Origin: Tubulanus polymorphus
Taxonomy: Eukaryota; Animalia; Nemertea
DNA length: 64,000 nt
Assembly: GCF_964204645.1 (NCBI RefSeq)
Contig: NC_134034.1
Location: 6,360,914-6,424,913 of the forward strand
Direction: 5' to 3'
Part shown: in pieces, positions 50,707-62,197 of the stretch
How positions within the stretch are numbered: the stretch's first letter is position 1
Layout of the letters: the number at the start of each line of letters is the position of its first letter
Notes under the pieces: model-generated
What the model was told of the DNA's origin: nothing
Seen by the model: only the letters and a program-made list of their open reading frames with translations
The model's database searches: none
Made by a program: the position numbers and the translations under genes

Positions 50707-53700
50707 TTAATAGTGCGATAAGTATATAATTGTATGTTTTTCAATCATTTCAATGTCCCTTTCGAGTTGCTTCATTTCTGCTTCCATACGCTCTTTGCGA
50801 TTTTTTTTCGGGGCTGTGTCTGTAACAACCGATAATCCTTGATATTGATGATGCAGTTCCTCCCAGTTAGTTTTCAGCCCATCTAGGATCCCCTGTCTTT
50901 CATATTCTTCAAGTTTCCGCATCGCCCCACGTCGGAAATGTTCAGACACATAGTGGTCATATTCTTCCTGTGCTTTCTTTATCTCGTCCTTACGTTTGGA
51001 CAGATAGAGCGGCGTTTTACCAAAGTCCTGTTTAATGCAAGAGAACATCTTAAATGCGCAAATTGAATTGGAAATACAAATTGGGACTCAGATATAATGA
51101 AGTGTTATCTGACAATGACTTAACCAGTTCACTGTTTTAACAAATTTAATTCGTTATTTCAAAGCATGCGAGAAGAAACAATGTCCAAAACTTGCCATTA
51201 AGAGTCTACACATTATCAATCATAATCATGTTGTCATAACCGAGAATTCAATACAAATTACTTCTACCCACAAATTTGAAAGCATATGTACACTACTAGT
51301 GTCAAAACAATGGATGGCGGAGGGTCCCGTAACTTAACACAGTCGATGAAGTATTTAATTAACTCTGCCTGCCAGGCCTATTTTTCAGGAAATGCTGCGC
51401 TTTGCCAGGATTTCAGTGTTTTTCAGAGATTCATAAAACAAAAACTAAAAGGGAAATCATCAAATTTGTTTATTTTGTTCATCTGGTCTTGCTTTTTCAT
51501 GCAAAATAAGCAGCATTTCTTCAAAAAGTGATAAAATCTGCAGCTATTACCAGAGCAGAGGGGGTATTTTGAATAAAATATGCCCATTCATGCGTGTTCA
51601 GACCCCATTTCAATAGATGACGTCACTAACACACCACATAGAACGACTGATGTTTGTTTTAGTAGTAAAAAAGGCATTAAACTAACTGGTGTTGTGCAAT
51701 GAATTTGCCATCTATTGTTAAAGTTAAAAAACAAGTCACCCATACCAGTACGTTTTTGGCAGGCAATGAGTTAAATTGGTCTCAAATAATTATACTATGT
51801 CGTGGGCAGGTAATGTAAGTTAATGTAAGAAAATGGGACTGCACTTCTCGCAACATTTTCAAATTTTGGACAAATTCATAGGCCTTTCATTCAAGTATTT
51901 CAAAACGATGATCATCATATAGCTATCATCTGTTTTTTGATGTTTTGATGTTAGTGCAGCGGCCATGTATATCTTCAAAAAGAAGCTTAACAATTACCTT
52001 TTTATTTAGATATTTAGGTACCAATCCAGATGGTTCCAGTGGACGCTTATCCCCACATTTTGTGTCTACATAATTCATTTCCGGCTTTTTTGGCACGGAC
52101 ATGATATTTTCAACAGCATTAGTGGTGATGAAGTTTTTGGTTGTCCGAAGGCCCATCACCGGTCTGTCATCAGGTTTCGGTACAGGTGGTTTCCTTGAAT
52201 CAGTATATTTGAATTCACTCGCTGAATTGAAAAAGTAGAGTATTTGTTGTGACATATCAATACAAAATGGATAGTTATTGGTTTTTTTATCATTTAAATC
52301 TGAATTAACCCTACGAAACAGGCAGCCCTTTTATTACAATCGGAGTGCCCAGGGTCAATTTTAGAATCATTACAGCAGCAATTCAGATACATCTACACAG
52401 AAGGTTGAACAACTGAAACAACTTTAGTGAAGAATAAAAACTTTTCGCAAAATGACGACAAACAGACCAAACAGCTGTCGAAATGAACTGAATATAAATT
52501 TTGTTGCCATTTACAAAATGACCTGGCCAACAAGGAGAAACGGCATCATTTTTTAGCCTTAGTCTATCAAACTGCTATGCTGAAAATGAATATATCTAGT
52601 GGAGTAGAAATTATAGTAGTCCTCCAGAAATTGACTGAATTTTTCAAGCAAGGGCAAACACATGCTGGTCACATATCATGAATATTGGCACCACCTACCA
52701 AAAAAACATATAGATTGAAAGAGGAACTGAAACCGTTGAAGAATAGTCAACCCCCGATGTACCGCCAATATTGGTGCAGAACGAGGGAGGGCATAATATC
52801 GGGGTTGACTGTTTAGTTTCATAGGATTTAATCCATTGGGAACACTTTTATTGCCTTAATTCACAATGCCCTTTGTTTAGTCTAATTAGGCTTGTCACTA
52901 GGAAAAATGCATGCAACATGTAGGCCTATAGGGTTAAATGAGTTCTACCACCACCAACAAGTGAAAAGACATAACACTGGTAGGCGCTACTTACATTCAG
53001 GGAGTCTTGGTTCCTTTTCATGTTTCTTGAGGAACTGGTCAGTTGTTGGACAGTCAACCTTTGCAGGTCCCATCGTTTTATATGACCCTTTGTTAGCGTT
53101 GTACTCATCTTTTGCTAAGGTCTTAAACTTCGAAATATGTCTAGAAAGAGAGGGAGAGAATTAGTTCATCAATCTATTAGTAGGACTTGGGATCCAGGGC
53201 CACTTGGGGAAGTGGTTTGAGACGCTCAACAAACAGAAAATTTCAATATTCAATGCCCCCTGGTGAACATATTAAGAAAGCAACATTTGACCATAAAACT
53301 CACTACACTCACAATTGATTGTGGTTGCAAAATATGAGTAGGTAACAATATAATATGAAAATTATAAGACGGACGCAGAGCACCGAAGGTGCCCAGAGGA
53401 CGTCCCGTATATGTGGATACTTTGAAGTGTCTTTTTAACCGAATCTTACTTACTTAAAAATGACGTCACTTGACGTCCGGTTGGAAGTTCATGGGGAAAT
53501 CGAAAGTAGAATTATGTCACACTAAAATCAGGCAGCACATAAACTATAATACGGCAACCTTTGGATCGGGTGATATCAGTATTTATTCATTTTATGAAAT
53601 TTCTAGAAAAAGAATCAAATACGTATTGAAACATATCAATAGGAAAATTTTCTGCTAGAAAAAAAAATCAAATTAGCAGGAAATACGAATGTCAGTACAA

Positions 53701-56700
53701 AAATTGATTTCTCTCGCGAAAAATGAAACATTTGTTTCTAATCCTCCGGGAATATCGAGTACCGGGAATCTAGGGTTCAAAATAAGCAGCGCAGCAGTAC
53801 TTCAACAGTGGTACCGAGTTCCGTATTTGGTGAAGAAGGGGCGGAAATTGATGTTTTTGCCGACCACGATGTTGCTGCTACTCGAGCGAGACGCCATGCC
53901 GATCTGCCGCGCAATTTTACGACTCTTACGCGACTCTCACCAATTTGATTTAAAAAACTTATTTCAGTCCTGCGGCTAGGATCGTGCAAGAGCGTAATTC
54001 TCCAGGATTCAAACCTGCGCGCTGGCCGCGTTTGTTATCATGAATTCGCTCCCGTTGCTAAGGGAATTTCAGCTCGTTCAATCAACGCAGTTCATTGTTA
54101 AACTATTCATCGACCCAATCTTATTCTAAATTTCATTAAAATAAATAAATTCTGAAATAACCTGATCCATAAGTTACCGTATTTTAGTCAATCGGCTGCC
54201 TGATTTTAGGGTGACGTAATTCTACTTCCGATTTCCCCATGAGCTTCAAACCAGGCGTCAAGTGATGTCATTTTTTTCTGACTATGTCAGATAGGCCTAC
54301 TGTTTCTCACACATGCTCTCCATGCGACGTTTTGGTCCGTAGTTTCGTTAATAACCAGTTGATCTGTGAATATTATGCATGAATTTGTTCAGTTCAATTT
54401 TTAGTGCCAAATCAAACCTTTGTACTAAAATGAATAAATTAGTTACCTTGTTGACTTTGAAAACGTGTTTTATAATAATATTTTTATTGATTTAAATCGC
54501 GAACTGGAGAATTTATTGATTTGATTTCAATTGATTGCCATAATCGGGATTTTCAATGGACTAGATTAATAAAATGTGAAAATTCAATATGTCTCTCTAA
54601 AATTACTCTAAATTTTATTTTTTGTTGATAAAACGCATAAATTTTGGTCAATTTTAACCTTAAAAAATATAGCTGCAAAGCAGCGATAACGGGTTTTCTG
54701 CACAGTCTTAGAATCCTGTTCAACGGTGGATTTCGACAAAGCATTTGATAAGGCACAACATCAGCCATTACTAAACAGGCTATTAGGAAACAGTATCAAT
54801 GATAGGTCGCTCAAATGGCTCAGCAGTTATTTCTGAACGAAAACTTGTAGCTGAAATCAACAGAACATCTTGGAATAAGTCGGTCTAACTAGTGGTGTCA
54901 CGCAAGGTGGTATCCTAACTCGTCTTCTGTTTGATGTCCTGACAAATGACATAGGCCTACTCAGTAATCTAAAATATACCAGACCGAGTAAATGTCCAAA
55001 ACGACCTTAACACGCCGTTCGACCAAAAAACTTAATGTTCCGACAAGAAAATATTGTTCCAATGAAAACAATTCTGTTTGATCGAACAATACGCTTTTTG
55101 TTTGAACCAAAACTTTTCTTCATTCCGACAAAAAATGAAAACCTTTTTGTCCCGGAAAAAAATTTGGTTGAGCGAAAACAATTTTTTTAGAATGAATGTT
55201 TGAATGAAAACAATTTTGTTCGATTGAACGAAATACTTCATACTTTTGGTTCGGAGGAAAAACTTTTTACAATTTACTTGTTCGAACGAAAAACTTAATG
55301 TCCTGACAAGAAAATTCTGTTCAAATTAAAACGATTGTTCGAACAAAAAACCTTTTGTTTGGACAAAAAAAAATTCTAACAATTTTTTTCAAATTGGTTC
55401 AATCGAACGGAATATTATTGGTTCGAACGAAATAAATTTTGTTCCGACGAAAGAATTTTCAAGCGAAAGGTCTTATGAACTAAAAAAAAAGATAATTCTG
55501 GGGCTCCGCGGTAACTTAAAGCGGGACGTAGGTCGGCCATGTGACGCGATGCGATCCTCACGTTGCATCGCAAGTTTCGGTGCAAGTCGGTTGCGATACG
55601 ATTGTCAGTGACTGTGTGCGACTAGTTTCTGCCAGTCGCAAGAGCGCGTAGGTCGGTTGTGACAGTCGTGTAGCGTCGCAGAAAGTAGAACATGTGCGAC
55701 TCCTTGCGACTGGCGTTGCTGACAGTCGCAACCTGTCGCAAGAGCGCGTAGGTCGGTTGTGACAGTCATGTAGCGTCGCAGAAAGTAGAACACGTGCGAC
55801 TCCTTGTGACTGGCGTTGCTGACAGTTGCAACCCGTCGCAAGGGAGTGTAGGTCGATGAGTCGTTGCGACACAATCGTCGCTGGCGATCACTGTGAATGG
55901 TGTCGCAGTGAGTCACAAGCCGTCGCAAGGCCGACCTACGCCCTGCTTAAGTCATTAGGAATGAATGCGAATGAAAAACCAGTTTCATTTATCATGAAAA
56001 TACTCAAATGAGAAGTCTGGCTTATAAAGCTATCTGCTCAGACGAAATTTTCAAAAAAAATCTTCATTTTTGGCAATAAAATTGATAATTGGGATTGATT
56101 GTTGCAAGTCAGAACCAGTTAATCACTAATTAACATGCATTTTAATAAATCTGATTCCTCCTATACAGTGAACTTAGCATTAACCTAGTAGAGGCTACTA
56201 GCCTATGTATAGGCCTAACATCTGGACAGATTGGCCGTAGGCCTATTAAATAACAACCCTCCTAAATATCGTAAATTTTGTTTTGAAGTTCAACCCAATG
56301 AGTCCTTTAATAAACGCAACAATAATACTGTGTTTGTTTGAGACAGTAAAGGTCAGTGCCGGTAGGCCTAAAGCCTTAAGGTCGTGTAAAACTCGATAAA
56401 CACTTCAAGCGACACAGCGAACGATCTCCTTTCCCCCATGGCGAACGCTTACTCTGAATGTCAAGTGTGAGTCCAGCATACGGATAGGAGTGTGTTATAT
56501 ACTTGTATTTAGTAAATACCTTGTGCATTTGACAATGATCTGTATGTACTGTAGGAAATATAGAGTATTGATGGTATTGATTTAGAGGTTGAGGCCTGCG
56601 GCCGAATTAAGTAATATATTCTTTTTTTGTTACCTCGTCGACACAACAGCTTTTCTCCGCTATATCTCTTCGGCGTGTTTAGTTTAGGCCTGCGAGTCCC

Positions 56701-59700
56701 CGGTACACTAATGATTTATCTTAGTAAATACACTGTTTAATTTGGTAAAGAAAAATAGGTATTGTTAAACTAACTGCTTGAAGCCTGCGGCCAAATCACT
56801 GGTAGTAATAAATATATTTGTACTCGACTTGATTCTCACGATGAGGAGAAACTCGCAGCTGATCCCCGGAACGACGATATAAACACGTCGATTCGTCGTT
56901 GTTTACGGCTCGACAGTGCTTTTAAAATCTAAAGTAGTAAATTTCCTGTGTATCGGTAATATGATTTGATGAGGAAAATGGGCTATTGTTAAAATTAGTT
57001 TTTAAAAACCGCGACTGAATGTGCAATCTTTGGGTAATAAATTTGTAAATTCATGCTTGAATTGATAATCGACGTGACAAGAAACGTGCGGTAGATTTTG
57101 GAAAGACGACTTAGAAAAACATGTCGGCTCTTTGAATGGGGCTCAATCTTTTATGTTTACGGCCCGACAGTGCTTTTTTAACGATGATTCGTGAAAAAAC
57201 ACGCGATGTATTTGTAGATCTCGGTGAGCTGAATGATATCATTGGGATTGTATCGACAACAGCGGCAAGGTAACAAAGCCTTTGTTCTTTTAGTGAAAAT
57301 AGTGTGACATAAAATAATAATAATAAGAAACGCGCGAATCTCAATAGGGTTTTCTGTGATGTAACAGAAAACCCTAAGTATAGCTGCAAGCAGTGATAAC
57401 AGGTTTCTGCCTTTCTGGATAGAATGTCGTTCAGGGATGCGAGCAAAGATTTCACCCGAAATCAGTTCGTTACATTCCATTTTTTGAAAGAGTGCCACCT
57501 AGGGGTCAACTCACAACATGGATATGTTGACCCACATGTGCTATACGCGCATGTGCTACTACGCGCAAAGTACTTATGTGCCAGGTTTTGGGGGAAATAA
57601 CATCGAGAAGAACGAAGCTACGGTGTTTTTACCATTCCCTAGTAGTGACAGTTTAAGCACATATTCGGTTTTTATTAGTTCCGAAAAAAGTCGACTAGAC
57701 AAGAAAACCGAATTTGGCCCAAAGCACAAATTTGGCCTATAATAGGGTAAACTATGCAGGAGGGAAGGCCTTAGTGTTACTATTAGTAGAGGAGTGACAA
57801 GTCAGTCTGACAAGTCAAGCGATCAGATGGGGACTACAATTCACATATGAAATTGACGTCCAATAACTATTATAAAAACGTAATCACGAACGGTACCATC
57901 ACTCCCCATTACTGACTGTCACTGGTCTCTGGCTCGCAATCATTCTTTATCGGTGCAGTGGGTAGGTATTTTCAACTGACTTTGTTCTTCTATGACATTA
58001 CCATCGCCGCTGCGTCACGATGTGATGTACATGGACCTCCAATTTGTAATGTATGTGATGTATTAACTGAATTTAGACCGTTTAATATCGACGATAACAA
58101 GGTTTCACCGACGCTGACATTTTCTGACGCTAACTAGTATGACCCGTCTTTTGGACCGGACCAATTCAATTCAATTAGGAAAACGTGTACCGGTACAATA
58201 AATAAATAAACCGCTGATATCCACGAACAAAACTATACTATTATAGAATGTTTAAAAGGAACTGCTTTTAATAACAGTCTGAATAAACTTACTTCACAAA
58301 CAAGGAAGTACATTTTTAACTTGTGAATGGTCGAACCCCAGTTATTCACAGTAACCTGTGATTTGGATATTCTCGGAGCCTTCCTTCTTTATTTATTAAT
58401 GAAATGACGTCACAAACTTTCAGATTCGCGCCAGTATGCGCGCCATGATCGATGATTGCTAATTCCACCGGTGCTATCTTTAAGTAACTTCAAGTTTGAA
58501 ATAGGAAGCACAGTACATCCATAGAAACTACGCGCAGAAAGAGACTGTTATATTATCATCACTGTTTAACATTTCGTTTCAAAGTTGTTAGTAGTCAAAT
58601 CTAATAGAAGATGATTTTTATGTGACGAAACTCAGTGGAAAATATGTTAAAATAATAATCAGCAGGAATGCCGAGGCAGCAGAAACCCTAATAATAATAA
58701 TAATCACGTGAATCTCAATAGGGTTTTCTGTGAAGAAACAGAAAACCCTAATAATCACGCGAATCTCAATAGGGTTTTCTGTGATGTAACAGAAAACCCT
58801 AATAATATCTGCATTGGCATCAATGTCAGTCCAAGTTTCAGTCCGAATCCGAAAAGCCGCCATATTTGTGACGGTGCTTCACTTGGTGCTTCACTCATTT
58901 TTAAGCGACTAGTCAAAAGTTTTGAGCAACTACGATTGTCAAAAGCTACTTAAGATTACAAATTATCTGATTACAGAACAGTCAGTTTGAGGTAAGTTGA
59001 TGTTGTTTTAAGGGGTGAAATAGACGAAAATTAACCTTATATGAGCACTTTCGCCTTAATGTCTATTTCAACTTGACTTGACAGCATACCGGGTGGCCTA
59101 GCTCAATCATTTTTGGTAGTGCATACCTGATAAAAGTCTTATTAGGACCTGAAAGGACTGGCAGTGGACCTAAACCATTAACTCTTAATCCATAGAAACT
59201 GTATTGAAGGATATCCAAAAAAGTCTTAACTGAAAGGGGTAAGATAAAGAAATTTGACTCCATGATTTGAAAGCTTAACAATATGTTTCCTAGTCTGAAT
59301 ACCACTAGTCGTTGTTACGGTTCTGTACAATGTCTGACGCTAAAGTATCATACACCTATAGAGGTTAACTCCTGTTAATTGCAATGCAACAACTGATTTT
59401 AGTGTCAAATCAAACCTTTGTACTAAAATAAATAAATTACTTACCTTGTTGACTTTGAAAACGTGTTTTATAATAAAATTTTTGATGATTTAAATCGTGA
59501 ACCGGAGAATTTATTGATTTGATTTTAATCGAATTGATTGCCACTATCAGGATTTCCAATACGGACTAAATTAATAAAATGTGAAAATTCAATATGTCTC
59601 TCTAAAATTACCCTAAATGTTATTTTTTGTTGACGCATAAATTTTGGTCAATTTTAACCTTAATAATTTGAAACAAGAATAATATCTGCATTGGCACCAA

Positions 59701-61799
59701 GTTTAAGTTCGAATCCGTAATTTACACTCCCATCATGCACCACGAAAAGCCGCCATATTTGTTATGTTGATTCACTTCAACTGTTTTTTGAGGCGACTAG
59801 TCAAAAGTTTTGAGCTACTACGATCGTCAAAAGCTACTTTGGATTACAAATTTATGCACAAACAATAGTTAACTTCCATCTGATTACAGAAGAGTCAGTT
59901 TGAGGTAAGTTGATGGTGTTTTAAGGGGTGAAATAGACGCTCAAAGCCTCGTCCCTCAAAATGAGGGACGAAAATTTACCTTATATGAGCACTTTCGCCC
60001 TAATGTCTATTTCAACCTGACTTGAGAGCATTCCAGGTGGCCTAGCTCAGTCAGTTTTGGTAGTACATACCTGCTAAAGGTATGTACTAAGAAAAATGAA
60101 GAGAAGTGGTTCCATGATTTGAAAGTTTAACAATATGTTTCCATGCCTACATACCAAACTTCAGTTGGTATGCATGGAGATATATTGTTAAACTTTCAAA
60201 TCATGGAGTCTCTTTTCTCTCATTAACCCCTTTCAGTGAAGACTTTTTGGATATCCTTCAATACAGTTTCAAATGGATTAAAAAATGATGATTTAGGTCG
60301 ACTGCCCGTGCTTTCTGCTCCTACTAAGACCTTTATCAGGTATGTACTACCAAAAATGAGTGAGCTAGCCCACCTGGAATGCTCTCAAGTCAGGTTGAAA
60401 TAGACATTAGACGTTGTTTCAGGAACAACGGCTAGGTACTAGACTATATGTTTCCATGCCTACACACCAAACTTCATTTGGTAGGCATGGAAACATATTG
60501 TCAAACTTTCAAATCATGGAGGTAGTCTCTTTTCTGTCATGAACCCCTTTCAATGCAGACTTTTTGGATATCCTTTAAAACAGTTTAAAATGAATTAAAT
60601 AACGATGTTTTAGGTCCACTGCCAGTGCTTTCTGGTCCTAATAAGACATTTATCAGGTATGTAGTAACAATACTGACTGAGCTAGGCCACCCGGTATGCT
60701 CTCAAGTCAGGTTGAAATAGACATTAGACGTTGTTTGTAGAACGACGGCTAGGTACTACTGTCTGTCACACCTGCACGAATCACAGGGGCTCGTATCAGA
60801 GTTGTAGGTAATGTAAAAACGATAATCTGTGCATTGCGCATTTGAAGCCCTCGACCATCAAAATCGGTGAAGGATTTCGTGTCGAACTCAACGTTTTAAA
60901 TTTCGAAATCGGCAAAAACCGGCGTCATAGCATTTTCGGTCCAGACGATTTCGGCCCTAATTTCGCGTTCAAAGACATATAATTCACGAACTATTCATCG
61001 GAAATTAACGGGATTAGTTTCGTTAGAAGCAGGAAGGTATTAGCTTTCATATCATGCCTGGATTACGGTCATCCTTATTACCGAGATGACGTATTTTACC
61101 GAGATGAACCGAGATAAAATGAAATATAACATATTTATTTATTCCTTATCGATTTTAACCATTGAAATCATATTATATCAGTAATAAATGCCTGCTGGAG
61201 TCATATTTTACATATTTTGTCGGATATTTTTGTAGAAAAATAACTTAACTTTACCAAGATGAGATCGTCGATCAATCAAATTCAATGAAATTTTATTGCT
61301 AACCGAGTTTACGTATTTGAAGTCAAAATTTTTTTAAATAAAAAATATATGTAAAATATGACTCTAGAAGGTATTTATTACTGATATAACATGATTTCAA
61401 GTGTTAAAATCGATAAGGAATAAACAAATATGCTATATTTCATTTCATCTCGGTTCATCTCGGTAATAAGGATGACCCCTGGATTATCAAAATCGGATGA
61501 AAAATAACGAAAAAGTAAGCGACTGAAGTTGAGTAGTTTGTGAGCGTCGTTAGCCCTCTTGTTATTTTATATATACTATATACATTCGATTAACAGATTA
61601 TCGTTTTTACATTACCTACAACTCTGATACGAGCCCTGTGGCACGAATAATGCTGAATTGGCAATTCCCGAAGTGGTGAATTTGGGCCACACTGGTCACA
61701 CATTATATTATATACGATATTCACATACCGTGGGTCCTTCGCGATTCTTTCCGGATCTCTTGGTATAAGATTGTAAATACTTTCGTTTGTTGATGCCAT
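50707..61799 (-). CDS. ENKUR: Enkurin, 253 aa, 4 coding exons
   Basis: Exons 61799-61729, 53140-52995, 52221-51998 and 51027-50707 are GT-AG with phases 2/1/0 (762 nt). Motifs ESIYNLIP, KTMGPAKV, FLKKH, RKPPVP, KNFITTNA, LEPSGLVPKY, DFGKTPLYL, GLKTNWEELHHQYQGLSVVTDT, MKQLERDIEMIEKH. Confidence 0.96.
53165..53370 (-). mobile_element. HINE1-like 3' fragment in enkurin intron 1
   Basis: CCACTTGGGAAGTGGTTT..GCTCAAC..TTTCAATATTCAATGCCCCCTGGTGA is the reverse complement of the HINE1 3' unit. Confidence 0.7.
53455..54277. mobile_element. MITE with ~80-bp TIRs
   Basis: TGACGTCACTTGACG..CATGGGGAAATCG.AAGTAGAATTA.GTCAC.CTAAAATCAGGCAGC and its reverse complement at about 54195-54270. Confidence 0.75.
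54398..54663 (-). repeat. Repeat B fragment
   Basis: Direct match to 59396-59662 and inverted match to 13698-13880. Confidence 0.8.
54729..54980 (+). pseudogene. Non-LTR retrotransposon (CR1/L2-like) RT fragment
   Basis: DFDKAFDKAQHQPLLNRL..LKWLSSY..TSGVTQGGIL..LLFDVLTND with frameshifts. Confidence 0.75.
55010..55470. repeat. Degenerate A/T-tract tandem repeat (GTTCGAACGAAAAA-like)
   Basis: Recurring TTGTTC(G/C)..(G/C)AAAA motifs. Confidence 0.55.
55520..55947. mobile_element. Harbinger-type MITE with ~100-bp internal tandem repeats, TAA TSD
   Basis: TAA|AGCGGGACGTAGGTCGGCC ... GGCCGACCTACGCCCTGCT|TAA. Confidence 0.85.
58681..58804 (-). repeat. Tandem HINE-like hairpin heads (also 57313-57378)
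   Basis: AATCTCAATAGGGTTTTCTGTGATGTAACAGAAAACCCTAA repeated. Confidence 0.65.
58800..60757 (-). mobile_element. Cluster of repeat B / P1 MITE / hairpin H copies in enkurin intron 1
   Basis: B 58800-59058, P1 half 59057-59290, B 59396-60002, P1 60001-60409, H 60410-60439, P1 half 60446-60726, H 60727-60756. Confidence 0.85.
60782..61640. mobile_element. Non-autonomous element with ~50-bp TIRs and 8-bp TSD (P- or hAT-superfamily)
   Basis: TSD GCACGAAT (60774-60781 and 61641-61648). TIR CACAGGG(G)CTCGTATCAGAGTTGTAGGTAATGTAAAAACGATAATCTGT. Confidence 0.9.
61066..61478. mobile_element. Palindromic MITE nested in the above, 8-9-bp TSD
   Basis: GGTCATCCTTATTACCGAGATGA and TCATCTCGGTAATAAGGATGACC, flanked by (C)CTGGATTA. 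Confidence 0.85.
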
Positions 61800-61854
61800 T
61801 GTCGTCGATACTGGCTTCCCTCAAAACGTAGAATGGCAGAATGAAGGAGAGCGA

Positions 61855-61915
61855 AGTGTTTGTAAATATATTAAATGGCGTCCTGCTGTCGCTATGGGTA
61901 CCAGGTGGCAGCACC
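61855..61915 (-). promoter_or_regulatory. Enkurin promoter: X-box-like and forkhead-like sites
   Basis: GTCGCTATGGGTAC (61888-61901) resembles the RFX X-box. TGTTTGTAAATA (about 61857-61868) contains forkhead cores. CRE TGACGTCA at 62090-62097. Confidence 0.5.
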
Positions 61916-61923
61916 TCACATGA

Positions 61924-61977
61924 TAGACTGGTTACCGGTCTCTATCTTCAATTAGAATGGGACAGGCAACCAGTCTA
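61924..61977. repeat. 54-bp mini-hairpin element in enkurin promoter
   Basis: 52/54 identical to 11986-12039. Confidence 0.85.
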
Positions 61978-62197
61978 CTCACATGATGCCGGTTAGACTG
62001 CATCCTCGCTTGCCAGGGGTAAGGTATCACTCCCGAACTCGCTTCCACCAGCCCCCTGGCCTCACGAAGCGTGATCTCATTACTGGCGCTGACGTCATAT
62101 ATTGATTTGCGAAATACTTCCTTGTTCAGTAAAACGTTCACTGAATGGTCCATTTAACGGGAAAACCAATATAAGCCTAAAGTCGTTTGTTGGTACA

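Noticed and set aside
55558-56011. ORFs with repeated peptides or a CRISPR-like array
   Set aside because: Translations of tandem repeats inside a MITE. No unique spacers, and the context is eukaryotic.
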